This document shows, piece by piece, positions 38,885 to 48,467 of a stretch of 64,000 bases of DNA. The translations under genes and the position numbers were made by a program. This DNA is from Candidatus Buchananbacteria bacterium (lineage in GTDB: Bacteria; Patescibacteriota; Patescibacteriia; 2-01-FULL-39-33), in contig JBAYFY010000004.1 of NCBI GenBank assembly GCA_041666945.1, positions 6,226-70,225 on the forward strand. The letters are read 5' to 3'. Every line of letters begins with the position of its first letter. Positions within the stretch are counted from its first letter, which is position 1. The notes beneath the pieces are model-generated. The model was not told where the DNA came from. It did not search any database and was given only the letters and a program-made list of their open reading frames with translations.

Positions 38885-38957
38885 AGCTGTCGAAAATCTT
38901 CGACAGCTTTCGTGATGAAACTATTGAAAAATAAAACCCCGAACTTGTCGGGGTTTA
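38885..38957. terminator. Two consecutive hairpins between convergent dnaK and 38969-39226 (bidirectional terminator region)
   Basis: agctgtcgaaaatcttcgacagct and aaaccccgaacttgtcggggttt with flanking T/A runs. Confidence 0.55.
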
Positions 38958-38968
38958 AAGTGCTGATT

Positions 38969-39226
38969 TTAACCGGCGTCTTCCGGCTTATCTCCCTTCA
39001 CGGATTTCATCTGGCTGATTTGCTTCTTCAGCCAATTCATAAATTCTTCCAAGCTCTTTTCACTGTCATCAATGAAATAGGCCGGGATCACCAAAATATA
39101 GAGCAAGATTGCCAAAGGCCAACTTGACGTTAGCGCGCCGACTACAATACAACCGACCACCCGAGGAAAAAATATTCCGGTCAAAATAACCACCAGAACT
39201 CCAATGAACGTCAATACGGCTGCCAT
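38969..39226 (-). CDS. Small membrane protein (85 aa, 2 TM)
   Basis: AGGAGG RBS before internal MAAVLTFIGVLVV start; ORF 38969-39340. Confidence 0.55.
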   Translation of the reverse strand: MAAVLTFIGVLVVILTGIFFPRVVGCIVVGALTSSWPLAILLYILVIPAYFIDDSEKSLEEFMNWLKKQISQMKSVKGDKPEDAG

Positions 39227-39331
39227 GTTTCCTCCTTTTCGGCTTTCAGCCGATTTTGCAAAGAACCAAAGATTACGTAAGATACGATAGCGGTTTATAA
39301 ATAAATTGTCAATACAAATAAGTTTTAATCT

Positions 39332-40645
39332 ATGGGCCATGTTACCGCCAAAGAATACTTGGACTTGCAGAAGCGTTTGGACGAAAGCGTTCAGGGCGCT
39401 CCGCCGTCTGACGCCTTGTATCGCATTTTGGAATTAATCTTTACTAAAGAGGAAGCCGGATTGGCTTCGGTTTTGCCGCTTAAACTGTTCACTGCCAAGG
39501 AAGCGGCCAAGCGTTGGCGGATGACTGCCGAACAAGCCGAAAAAATATTAGGGGAACTGGCCGATAAAGGCGTGATTTTTGATTCTAAAAAAGGCGACGA
39601 GACGCTTTACTGCTTAGCGCCGACTATGGCCGGATTTTTTGAATTCTCCCTTATGCGCGAAGACGGGAAATTTGATCGCCAGGCCCTGTCTAAGGCCTTC
39701 TACGAGTATATCAACATTGAGGATGACTTTGTCAAACAGGTTTTAGGCATTAGTCCGGCCATTGCCCGGGTCTTTGTCCATGAAACAGCTCTGCCTCCGG
39801 AGAGTCACAAAGAGATTTTGAATTACGAACGGGCGTCAGCCGTCATTAAAACCGCCACTTGCATCACGGTCGGCGCTTGCTACTGCCGGCACAAAATGGA
39901 ACACCTGGGCAAGGCCTGCGATAATCCCCAAGATGTCTGTTTGACTTTCAATTCCTGCGCCGAGAACCTGTCCAAGCGCGGCATCGCCAAAAAAATCTCC
40001 ACCGAAGAAGGCCTGGCCATCTTAGACAAATGCATCAATCTGGGTCTGGTGCAAATCGGCGATAATATCCAAGCCGGTGTCAGTTTCATCTGCAATTGCT
40101 GCGGCTGTTGCTGCGAGGCCATTCTGGCCGCCAAACGCTTGGGCAATTATGAGGATTTCCGCAGCAACTACTTGGCCGTCAATGATGAATCGCGTTGCGG
40201 CGGCATTTGCGGCGCTTGCGCCAAACATTGTCCGTTTGAGGCCATAACCTTAGTCAAAAACGGCGATAAAAAAGTGGCTAAAATTGATCCGGCCAAGTGC
40301 GTGGGTTGCGGCGTCTGTACCAGATTCTGCCCCAGCAAGAGTATCTCGCTCAAACGGCGCGATAATCTGAAGTATGTGCCGTTTAACACAGTGGAGCGAG
40401 TCGTGGTTTCGGCCATTGAGGAAGGCAAGCTGCAGAATTATATTTTTGATAACGCCACTTTATGGACTCACAGGTCTTTGCGCAAGTTTTTATCGGTATT
40501 GTTTTCTTTGCCGCCGGCCAAGCGCGCCCTGGCCAGCCGCCAGTTGCAATCAAGATTCTTTAAAGCGGTAAATAAGAAAGCGATGAAGGAAGCTTATAAA
40601 AAACTCTACCGAGAGGGTGGGCGGTTTGCTGTTATAGAAAAATAA
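39332..40645 (+). CDS. 4Fe-4S dicluster domain protein with Cys-rich CNCCGCCCE segment
   Basis: Two CxxCxxCxxxCP motifs (CGGICGACAKHCP, CVGCGVCTRFCP) plus extra Cys cluster; 437 aa. Confidence 0.65.
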   Translation: MGHVTAKEYLDLQKRLDESVQGAPPSDALYRILELIFTKEEAGLASVLPLKLFTAKEAAKRWRMTAEQAEKILGELADKGVIFDSKKGDETLYCLAPTMAGFFEFSLMREDGKFDRQALSKAFYEYINIEDDFVKQVLGISPAIARVFVHETALPPESHKEILNYERASAVIKTATCITVGACYCRHKMEHLGKACDNPQDVCLTFNSCAENLSKRGIAKKISTEEGLAILDKCINLGLVQIGDNIQAGVSFICNCCGCCCEAILAAKRLGNYEDFRSNYLAVNDESRCGGICGACAKHCPFEAITLVKNGDKKVAKIDPAKCVGCGVCTRFCPSKSISLKRRDNLKYVPFNTVERVVVSAIEEGKLQNYIFDNATLWTHRSLRKFLSVLFSLPPAKRALASRQLQSRFFKAVNKKAMKEAYKKLYREGGRFAVIEK

Positions 40646-40689
40646 TAAATACCTCGCCTTGGTTAATCTCAAGACGAGGTAAAAAATGA

Positions 40690-40980
40690 CTATTTCTGTA
40701 GTAGTTGTAAACAGTCAAGGGGCAAAAATATGGATGATTTTTCCCAATCCCACTGTGTTTTTGGATCCGTAGGATCCACTGTAGATACACGAATTCCACT
40801 TGTCAAGCAGTGCCCAAAACCCGAGATTATTATCGGCCTTACAACACCGAAATCAATATTATCATTATGAACACAAGCATAAAAAATCGTACCTGACGGA
40901 ATCAACCTATCTTCAATATGGATATCTCTAATGGTTTGAAGTTTTCTTCCCTCACAAATTATGGATATTTTACTTGGCAT
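40690..40980 (-). CDS. Hypothetical protein
   Basis: AAGGAGGA RBS 7 nt upstream of ATG on minus strand. Confidence 0.5.
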   Translation of the reverse strand: MPSKISIICEGRKLQTIRDIHIEDRLIPSGTIFYACVHNDNIDFGVVRPIIISGFGHCLTSGIRVSTVDPTDPKTQWDWEKSSIFLPLDCLQLLQK

Positions 40981-41080
40981 GATTCTATCCTCCTTCGGTT
41001 TCGATTAGTAAACTTTATCTAAAGTGCTGAAATTACTTTAATAAATTATTTTAGCAAAACTAAACAATTTTGTCAAATAT

Positions 41081-41365
41081 ATGGAAAAACAAAACCAACC
41101 GTTGGAAATCAAGATCGCCGACAACTCCGCCGGCGGAGAATACGCCAATGCCATGCAAGTCGTGCACAGCAAAGACGAATTCATCCTGACTTTCCTAAAT
41201 ATCATTCCGCCCAGCGGCCGCGTCTGCGCCAAAATTATCAGCAGCCCCGGCCATTGCAAACGCATGATTGCCGCTTTAAACGATAACTTAAAAAAATACG
41301 AAGAAAAATTCGGCGCTATCGCCGAAGCGGAAAGCCCCAAAGAAGAAATCGGCTTTAAGGCCTAA
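41081..41365 (+). CDS. DUF3467-like small protein
   Basis: GGEYANAMQVVHSKDEFILTF pattern; directly upstream of dnaJ. Confidence 0.5.
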   Translation: MEKQNQPLEIKIADNSAGGEYANAMQVVHSKDEFILTFLNIIPPSGRVCAKIISSPGHCKRMIAALNDNLKKYEEKFGAIAEAESPKEEIGFKA

Positions 41366-41380
41366 CACTAAACAAACACC

Positions 41381-42472
41381 ATGGCACAAGATTATTATAA
41401 AACTTTAGGAGTTAACAAGTCCGCTTCAGCAGACGAGATTAAGCGCGCCTTCCGCAAGCTGGCGCACGAATACCATCCGGACAAAAAAACCGGCAACGCG
41501 GAAAAATTCAAAGAAATAAACGAGGCCTATCAAACGCTGGGCAATGAAGACAAACGCCGGCAATACGACCAATTCGGCCAAACTTTTCCCGGCGGCGGCA
41601 GGCCGGGCGGCGGTTATTACGGCGGCAATCCTTTCGGCCAGGGCTTTGGCGGTTTTAACCAAGGCAATGTTAATTTTGATTTCGGCGATGCGGGTGATTT
41701 AGGCGATATCTTCGGCAGTTTTTTCGGCGGCGCGGCTGGCGGCCGCCAAACTCCCCGACGCGGCGCCGATCTGCAAACCGAATTGACGATTGATTTTAAG
41801 GAGGCCGTCTTTGGCGCGGAGAAAACCATTGAACTCAACAAACAGATCATCTGCGACATCTGCGGCGGCAGCGGCGCCGAACCCGGCAGTAAAATCAACA
41901 CTTGCAAAACCTGCAACGGCCGCGGCCGCGTCGTCAGGGCGCAACAAACTTTCTTGGGCACCATCCAAACTGAAGCGGTTTGCCCCCAGTGCCAAGGAGC
42001 CGGCCAAATGCCGGAAAACAAATGCCATAAGTGCCACGGCAACGGCCATGTCAGGGGCAGTGAAAAAATAAAAATAACTATTCCTGCCGGCATTGACAAC
42101 GGCCAGTCCCTGCGTTTGTCCGGCAAAGGCGAAGCCGGAGAAAAAGGCCGGTCCGGCGACTTGCTCGTCCGCATTCGCGTCCGCTCCCATGCCAAATTCC
42201 GCCGCGACGGCTTTAATATTTACTCCGCCTATCATCTCTCCGTCAAGCAAGCCATCTTGGGCGACAAAGTGGAAATAGAAACCGTTGACGGCTCGGTTAA
42301 TTTAAAAATCCCCGAGGGCACGCAAAGCCAGACCAAATTCAAATTGCCGGGCAAAGGCGTAACCCATCTCAATGCCCGCGGCCGCGGCGATCAGATCGTT
42401 GAAGTGATAGTGGATATACCCAAAAATCTTTCCCGCGCCGACAAAAAATTATTGGAGCAAATAAAAATATAA
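41381..42472 (+). CDS. dnaJ: Molecular chaperone DnaJ
   Basis: J-domain with HPD, Gly/Phe-rich region, four CxxCxGxG repeats, C-terminal domains. Confidence 0.92.
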   Translation: MAQDYYKTLGVNKSASADEIKRAFRKLAHEYHPDKKTGNAEKFKEINEAYQTLGNEDKRRQYDQFGQTFPGGGRPGGGYYGGNPFGQGFGGFNQGNVNFDFGDAGDLGDIFGSFFGGAAGGRQTPRRGADLQTELTIDFKEAVFGAEKTIELNKQIICDICGGSGAEPGSKINTCKTCNGRGRVVRAQQTFLGTIQTEAVCPQCQGAGQMPENKCHKCHGNGHVRGSEKIKITIPAGIDNGQSLRLSGKGEAGEKGRSGDLLVRIRVRSHAKFRRDGFNIYSAYHLSVKQAILGDKVEIETVDGSVNLKIPEGTQSQTKFKLPGKGVTHLNARGRGDQIVEVIVDIPKNLSRADKKLLEQIKI

Positions 42473-42500
42473 AACGCTTCCGTCATCCTAAAATTCCGGG

Positions 42501-43115
42501 ATGGCAATCATAAGCCATAAGCTAAAAATAATTTTAATTGACCATATGCTCATTTACTTTCTTCTCGCCGTCTACATTATCTTCCTGTTGCTTTGCGTCA
42601 TTTTCAGCGTTTCCATTCTGATTGGCCTGATTATGACCGGTGGCGTGCCGTTTGTTTCCACCCCGCGCTATGATTTGGAAAAGATTTGCGAAGCGGCGGA
42701 ACTGAAACCGGGAGAAAAAATCTTTGATTTGGGCTGCGGCAAAGCCAATCTGCTGACGGTCGCCGCCAAAAAATTCGGCGCCGCAGGCACGGGTTACGAG
42801 CTGTCGCTCTGGCCCTACTTCTGGGGCAAATTGCGCGTCAAACTTTTACGCGCCGATGTTAAACTGAAGATGCAGGATTTCCTGAAAGCCGACTTGTCCC
42901 AAGCCGACGTGATTTTCTGCTACCTCTTTCCTGAAGTGATGGACAAATTGGAAAATAAATTCCAAAAAGAATTGCGTCCTGGCGCTCGCGTCGTTTCTTA
43001 CACTTTCAAGTTGCCCAACATCCAGCCGGCCAAGACGGTTTTAGGCCGAGAAAAGAAAAACTGGTTTGACCGCTGTTTAAGAACCAAGGGAATAATTTAT
43101 GTCTACCAATTCTAA
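42501..43115 (+). CDS. Class I SAM-dependent methyltransferase with N-terminal TM anchor, in the position PrmA occupies in Firmicute hrcA-grpE-dnaK-dnaJ-prmA operons
   Basis: IFDLGCGKANLL motif I; short (204 aa). Confidence 0.55.
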   Translation: MAIISHKLKIILIDHMLIYFLLAVYIIFLLLCVIFSVSILIGLIMTGGVPFVSTPRYDLEKICEAAELKPGEKIFDLGCGKANLLTVAAKKFGAAGTGYELSLWPYFWGKLRVKLLRADVKLKMQDFLKADLSQADVIFCYLFPEVMDKLENKFQKELRPGARVVSYTFKLPNIQPAKTVLGREKKNWFDRCLRTKGIIYVYQF

Positions 43116-43118
43116 TCA

Positions 43119-43147
43119 TTGACATTTAACCGCCAAACGGTTAGAAT
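43119..43147 (+). promoter_or_regulatory. Sigma70 promoter TTGACA-N17-TAGAAT upstream of tig
   Basis: cattgacatttaaccgccaaacggttagaat. Confidence 0.5.
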
Positions 43148-43175
43148 AATTTAACCAAAAATTAATCAAAAACAC

Positions 43176-44468
43176 ATGATAGTTAATATCGCCAAACAAC
43201 CGAAATCGCAGGTGGAAATAGCCGTAGAATTGTCGCCGGCCGAACTTTTACCTTATCTGACCAAGGCGGCGGAAAAAATCGCCACGGACAAGCCGCTTGA
43301 GGGCTTTCGTCCCGGCAAGGCGCCTTATGATGTCGTCCTTAAAAAATACGGCGAGATGGCCATTCTGTCTGAAGCCGTTGATGATATAATTTCCAAAACT
43401 TACTATCAGGCGATCAAAGATAATAATCTGACTACTATCGGCCAGCCGCAAATCAACTTAGAAAAAATGGCGCCGGAAAATCCTTTCAGCTACAAAGCCA
43501 CGGTAGCGGTTTTGCCGCAGGTAAAAATCGGCGAGCTGGCAAAAATCAAACTCCAACGCAAGCCGATAGCGATCACCGACGAACAAATTCAAAAAGTTAT
43601 TGAAGAAATTCGCAAAATGCGCAGCCGGGAAGAAAAGACCGACAAGGCGGCGGAGAAAGGCGACCTGGCCAAAATTGATTTTGACGTTTTCCGCGATGGC
43701 GTGCCCATTGACCAGGGCAGCGCCAAAAATTACCCCTTGCTCCTGGGCGAGGATAAATTCATTCCCGGTTTTGAAGACCGGATCGTAGGGCTTAAAGCCG
43801 GTGAAGAAAAAGAATTCACTTTGGATTTTCCGGAAAAATATTTTGAGAAATCGCTGGCCGGAAAACCGGCGGAGTTCAAGATTAAAGTCAATGAAGTGGC
43901 CAAAATCATTCTGCCCGAAGCTAATGACGAGCTGGCCAAAACCGTTTCCGGCGGCAAATTCACCGCTTTGGAAGAACTGAAAATCAATATTAAGGAAAAT
44001 CTGCTGTTGGAAGAGCAAGCCAAGCAAGACCGCCGATTGGAAATTGAGTTGCTTGAGGAAGCGGTCAAATTGAGCGAATTCGGAGAATTGCCGGAAATCC
44101 TGGTTCACGAAGAAATCCATCGCATGTTGCATGAATTGGAAGACAGTTTGAGCCGCCAAGGCATGGATCTTGGCAATTACCTGCAGTCCCTCAAAAAAAC
44201 CGAGGAAGAGATGGAAAAAGAGATGGAACCGCAAGCGATTGTCAGGGTCAAAACCGCCATCTTATCGCGCGAAATCTACCAGCAGAACAAATTTGAAGTA
44301 ACGCCGGATGAAGTGGACAAGGAGATTGAGGAGCTGCTCAAAAATTATCCGCCCAACCCCGACGTGAAAAAACAATTGGAGAGCGAAACCTATCGCGATT
44401 ACCTTAAGAATTCCCTGGGCAACCGCAAGGTGATGGACTACTTAAAAAAATTAGTCATTAAGGATTAA
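43176..44468 (+). CDS. tig: Trigger factor
   Basis: N-terminal ribosome-binding domain with GFRPGKAPYDVV signature, PPIase-like middle, 430 aa. Confidence 0.85.
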   Translation: MIVNIAKQPKSQVEIAVELSPAELLPYLTKAAEKIATDKPLEGFRPGKAPYDVVLKKYGEMAILSEAVDDIISKTYYQAIKDNNLTTIGQPQINLEKMAPENPFSYKATVAVLPQVKIGELAKIKLQRKPIAITDEQIQKVIEEIRKMRSREEKTDKAAEKGDLAKIDFDVFRDGVPIDQGSAKNYPLLLGEDKFIPGFEDRIVGLKAGEEKEFTLDFPEKYFEKSLAGKPAEFKIKVNEVAKIILPEANDELAKTVSGGKFTALEELKINIKENLLLEEQAKQDRRLEIELLEEAVKLSEFGELPEILVHEEIHRMLHELEDSLSRQGMDLGNYLQSLKKTEEEMEKEMEPQAIVRVKTAILSREIYQQNKFEVTPDEVDKEIEELLKNYPPNPDVKKQLESETYRDYLKNSLGNRKVMDYLKKLVIKD

Positions 44469-44473
44469 ATTTT

Positions 44474-44977
44474 ATGATTAACGCCATTAAAAAACGCCGG
44501 GCCGTACGCGAATATCTTAATGAACCGGTAAGCGACGACAAAATCCAAGAATTGTTAAACACCGTCGCTTGCGCGCCCTCGGCCAACGCCCTCTACCCCT
44601 GGGAACTGGTGATCGTCAAAGATCATGGCACCAAAGAGTTATTGTCTAAGGTCACACCCTGGGCCACTTTTGCCAAAGAGGCGGCGGTGATTATTGCGGT
44701 TGTCGGGCACAAAAACGAAAGTCCTGAATGGATTGAGGATTGTTCCATTGTCGCCGAACATTTATGGCTGGAAGCGACGGAGCAGGGTCTGGGCGCCTGT
44801 TGGATCCAAATACGCAATCAAGGCAATGCTGATGACAATGTCAAATCAATTTTGAATATTCCCAGTCAACACGGCATCTTATGCCTGATGGCTATCGGCG
44901 TGCCGGCTAAACCCTTGCCTGAACACGACTTGTCAATCATAAGCAAAAATAAATTCAAATACGAGAAATATAAGTAA
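44474..44977 (+). CDS. Nitroreductase-family protein
   Basis: RRAVREY...VACAPSANALYPWELVIVKD pattern. Confidence 0.8.
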   Translation: MINAIKKRRAVREYLNEPVSDDKIQELLNTVACAPSANALYPWELVIVKDHGTKELLSKVTPWATFAKEAAVIIAVVGHKNESPEWIEDCSIVAEHLWLEATEQGLGACWIQIRNQGNADDNVKSILNIPSQHGILCLMAIGVPAKPLPEHDLSIISKNKFKYEKYK

Positions 44978-44993
44978 AAAAACACCCCCGATT

Positions 44994-45016
44994 AATAAGC
45001 CGGGGGTATTTTTATG
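44994..45016 (+). terminator. Rho-independent terminator
   Basis: acccccg-loop-cgggggt followed by atttttatg. Confidence 0.6.
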
Positions 45017-45089
45017 TAAAATTAGATTAATTTTATTCGGCGTAAGAAAGTTAATTAATGGCAGAGTCCAGCGGATGTGGATAAGCATA

Positions 45090-45118
45090 TTGACAAAACA
45101 ATGATCATGTGATATAAT
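45090..45118 (+). promoter_or_regulatory. Sigma70 promoter TTGACA-N17-TATAAT with extended -10 (TGTGATATAAT), near-duplicate of promoter at 5244
   Basis: attgacaaaacaatgatcatgtgatataat. Confidence 0.55.
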
Positions 45119-45186
45119 GAATTATTGGATTAGAATCTATTCTAAACCGTAAAAGTACCTGACAAACAAACGCGGAGGATAAAAAG

Positions 45187-45771
45187 ATGGCTTTTTTACT
45201 GTTATTGCTCGTACTGTTGATGGCGCTTGCAATGGTCGCGCTATTCTTGGGAACAATTTTCAGTGTCGCTTTATTTTTGATAGGAGTGACAATATTATTC
45301 ACTTGCGGAAGAGGGCGAATGTGCGGAGGAGGTCGAATAGACGGATTCTTATGGTACATGAAAAATTCAGTGATATCATTGGCCATTGCCTTAGTGGGAT
45401 TAATGGTAACTCAGGCGGGTGGCTGGATAATAAATAAACATCAGGAACACCTGCAAAAAACGCCTGAATACCAGGAGGCGATAAAGAAAAACGCGGAAGC
45501 GCTGGATCGGTTTTTTTCCCAAGAACCAATGGCGAGGGAGGAGATGTGGTGGATTGACCTGTCTGTCGCCTATCCCGACCGGTATTTGGTCTTTAGCCGC
45601 CTTAGGTTAAAGCCCTACCAAGAAACGATTAAAAAGTACCTCGGCCCCTGTCCCGATACTGACCGGGATTGGGAAAAATATTTCGACGAGAAGGTCTGGC
45701 CGGCGCTGCATAACAATATCAAAGTCGTGTACTGTCCGCAACCGCCCCCGGCCGCCGAAGCAGTTCCGTAA
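45187..45771 (+). CDS. Hypothetical membrane protein (3 TM + cytoplasmic domain)
   Basis: GGAGGA RBS; hydrophobic N-terminal half. Confidence 0.65.
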   Translation: MAFLLLLLVLLMALAMVALFLGTIFSVALFLIGVTILFTCGRGRMCGGGRIDGFLWYMKNSVISLAIALVGLMVTQAGGWIINKHQEHLQKTPEYQEAIKKNAEALDRFFSQEPMAREEMWWIDLSVAYPDRYLVFSRLRLKPYQETIKKYLGPCPDTDRDWEKYFDEKVWPALHNNIKVVYCPQPPPAAEAVP

Positions 45772-45792
45772 TTCCCGTCTCATCGTACAAAC

Positions 45793-45836
45793 ACGCCCCG
45801 CCAGGTTCATCCTTGCGGGGCGTTTTATTTTTTACA
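45793..45836 (+). terminator. Rho-independent terminator between convergent genes
   Basis: acgccccgc-loop-gcggggcgt followed by tttattttttac. Confidence 0.65.
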
Positions 45837-48225
45837 TTTTCTTCCGTCTTTTTTTATTTTTCTCCTCTTTCAATATCGCCACAGTCGTCTTCACTACCGT
45901 ATCGGGGTTTAAAGAAATACTGTCAATGCCCAGTCGTACCAGGAATCTGGCAAAGTCGGGATAATCCGACGGCGCTTGGCCGCAAATGCCGATTTTCCGT
46001 CCCGAGGCCTTAGCCACTTTGATCACAATGGATAACAATCGTTTAACCGCTTCGTTATTCTCATCGTATACATCAGCCACTAACTGCGAATCGCGATCCA
46101 CGCCCAGCGTCAATTGCGTTAAATCGTTGGAACCGATGGAAAAACCGTCAAAAATCTCGGCGAACTCTTCAGCCAGAATCACATTGGACGGGATTTCGCA
46201 CATCACATAAACTTCCAATCCATCATGTCCTTGTTTGAGGCCGTTTTTCTCCATGATCTTTATCACCTTCTTGCCCTCTTCCACTGTGCGGCAGAATGGC
46301 ACCATGACCTTGATATTTTTCAGCCCGAATTCCTCGCGGGCTTTTTTCAATGCCAAACATTCCAAAGCAAACGCTTTTTCATATTGCGGAGCGTAATAGC
46401 GGGAAGCGCCGCGCCAACCGATCATGGGGTTGCTCTCTTCCGGTTCAAACTGCTTGCCGCCGATCAGCGTGGCGTATTCGTTTGATTTGAAATCGGACAA
46501 GCGGATGATCACGTCTTTGGGATAAAAGGCGGCGGCGATCATGCCGATGCCTTCGGCTAACTTGTCAACGAAAAATCGGGGCTTCTTCGGATAATTTACG
46601 GTTAGCTCGGCAATCTCGGCTTTGGCTTTTTGATCTTTGATTTTAGAATAGTTCAGAAGGGCCAAGGGATGAATCTTAATGTAATTGGCGATGATGAATT
46701 CTTCGCGCGCCAAGCCCACGCCGTCGTTGGGCAAAAAAGAAAATGACAAGGCGGCATAGGGATTTCCGACGTTCATCATGATTTTTGTTCTGGGCCGAGG
46801 CAAGCGTTTCAAATTCGTCCGCCTGATCTTAAACGGCGCCAAACCGCCATACACCTTGCCGATTTCTCCCTCGGCGCAAGATACGGTTACGGTCTGGCCG
46901 GTCTTTATTTTTTTGGTCGCTACGCTGGTACCCACGACGCACGGTACGCCCAATTCCCGCGAAACAATCGCGGCGTGGCAGGTCCGGCCGCCCTCGTTGG
47001 TAACAATCGCGGCGGCGCGTTTCATAAACGGTTCCCAGTCCGGGTCGGTCATGGCCGCTACCAGCACCTCGCCGTCCTTAAAATCATTCAGCTCGGAAAT
47101 ATTCTTGATTACGCGCGCCTTGCCGCCGCCGATTTTCACTCCCACGCTGGAACCGGTAAATAATAATTCGCCTTGGCCCGACATTACGTATTCTTCCAAG
47201 AGGTTAGGATTTTTATTGCTGGCGATCGTTTCCGGCCGGGCTTGGACAATGTATAACTTATCGGTCCGGCCGTCTCGGGCCCATTCAATATCCATCGGCC
47301 GCTTATAATGCTTTTCAATTATCACCGCCCATTTAGCCAACTGTAAAATTTCTTCATCGGTTAGAACGTATTTCTTCTGTTGCAGAAGCGGCACGGCCAC
47401 TGAACGCGTCGGCCGAATCGGGCTATCGGCATAAATCAGTTTTTTGTTCTTGTCACCGACCTGTTTGGAGACAATCGGCCTAAACCCCTTGGCCAAAGTG
47501 TTCTTGAAAACGTAATATTCATCGGGATTGACCGTGCCCTTGACCACGAATTCACCCAAGCCGTAAGCGGCGTTAATCAAAATCACATTGGGATTGCCGC
47601 TCTCGGTGTCAATGGTAAACATTACGCCGGCCGCGCCCAAATCCGAACGCACCATTTTCTGCACGCCGACTGAAATCAAAACTTTTTCATGCTTGAACTT
47701 CTGATCAATCCGGTAAGAAATCGCCCGTTCCGAAAAGAGCGAGGCAAAGCAGCGTTTAATCGCCCAAAATAATTCCTGTTCGCCGCGAATATTCAAATAC
47801 GATTCCTGTTGGCCGGCAAAAGAGGCGTTGGGCATGTCCTCGGCCGTAGCCGAAGACCTGACGGCAACATCGGTCCTGTCCGCGCCGTATTGCTTGGATA
47901 GCTTTTTGTATGCTTGCGATATTTCCGCTTTTAATTCTTCAGGCAAGTCCGCGGTTAAAATCATTTTCTTAATCACCGCTGATTTTTTGGCCAAATTCCT
48001 GTCGGTTACGCCTTTAAGCCCGGCGTAAATCGCCCGTTTGATTTTAGCGCCAGACAAAAACTTATTATACGCCTGGGCGGTAATGGCAAAACCATTCGGT
48101 ATGGGCACGCCCCGACCGGTTAATTTTTGATACATTTCGCCCAAGCTGGCGTTTTTCCCGCCAACCCGGCCTGAATCTTTCATCGTCAATTCCTTAAACC
48201 ACAGAATGTTTTTTTGTTTTGTCAT
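45832..48225 (-). CDS. ppsA: Phosphoenolpyruvate synthase (pyruvate, water dikinase)
   Basis: 797 aa; ATP-grasp N-term, mobile His domain GGRTCHAAIVSRELGVPCVVG, PEP-utilising C-term. Confidence 0.9.
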   Translation of the reverse strand: MTKQKNILWFKELTMKDSGRVGGKNASLGEMYQKLTGRGVPIPNGFAITAQAYNKFLSGAKIKRAIYAGLKGVTDRNLAKKSAVIKKMILTADLPEELKAEISQAYKKLSKQYGADRTDVAVRSSATAEDMPNASFAGQQESYLNIRGEQELFWAIKRCFASLFSERAISYRIDQKFKHEKVLISVGVQKMVRSDLGAAGVMFTIDTESGNPNVILINAAYGLGEFVVKGTVNPDEYYVFKNTLAKGFRPIVSKQVGDKNKKLIYADSPIRPTRSVAVPLLQQKKYVLTDEEILQLAKWAVIIEKHYKRPMDIEWARDGRTDKLYIVQARPETIASNKNPNLLEEYVMSGQGELLFTGSSVGVKIGGGKARVIKNISELNDFKDGEVLVAAMTDPDWEPFMKRAAAIVTNEGGRTCHAAIVSRELGVPCVVGTSVATKKIKTGQTVTVSCAEGEIGKVYGGLAPFKIRRTNLKRLPRPRTKIMMNVGNPYAALSFSFLPNDGVGLAREEFIIANYIKIHPLALLNYSKIKDQKAKAEIAELTVNYPKKPRFFVDKLAEGIGMIAAAFYPKDVIIRLSDFKSNEYATLIGGKQFEPEESNPMIGWRGASRYYAPQYEKAFALECLALKKAREEFGLKNIKVMVPFCRTVEEGKKVIKIMEKNGLKQGHDGLEVYVMCEIPSNVILAEEFAEIFDGFSIGSNDLTQLTLGVDRDSQLVADVYDENNEAVKRLLSIVIKVAKASGRKIGICGQAPSDYPDFARFLVRLGIDSISLNPDTVVKTTVAILKEEKNKKRRKKM

Positions 48226-48235
48226 AACCTCCTTT

Positions 48236-48303
48236 ACTTTGTCATGCCCGTGTACCTTGTCATGCCCGTGTACCTTGTCATCCCCGTGCAGACGGGGATC
48301 CAG
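48236..48303. repeat. Palindromic repeat locus 2 (variant units cttgtcatgcccgtgtac x2 + gtcatccccgtgcagacggggatccag)
   Basis: Same GTCATCCCCG..CGGGGATCC core as other loci; directly upstream of ppsA start. Confidence 0.75.
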
Positions 48304-48380
48304 AATTTATCTTAATATCTTAATTATACTCCCAAAAAGATAATCGCGCATTACCTGCAATAATCTTCAGAACAAACGGC

Positions 48381-48409
48381 TTGACTACCGAAAATCTTTA
48401 TGATACAAT
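48381..48409 (+). promoter_or_regulatory. Sigma70 promoter TTGACT-N17-TACAAT
   Basis: cttgactaccgaaaatctttatgatacaat. Confidence 0.45.
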
Positions 48410-48467
48410 CAACCATTAAAGTTCTTTAACAAAAAACAACGAAATAACCAACAAAAAGGAACGTACT

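Noticed and set aside
41426-42250. Minus-strand ORFs 41426-41662, 41617-42195, 41699-42250 and + ORF 41790-42071
   Set aside because: Antisense or off-frame within dnaJ Gly-rich GC-rich region; dnaJ is unambiguous.
43458-44234. 258-aa minus-strand ORF inside tig
   Set aside because: Antisense of Lys/Glu-rich trigger factor codons, Phe-rich low-complexity product.
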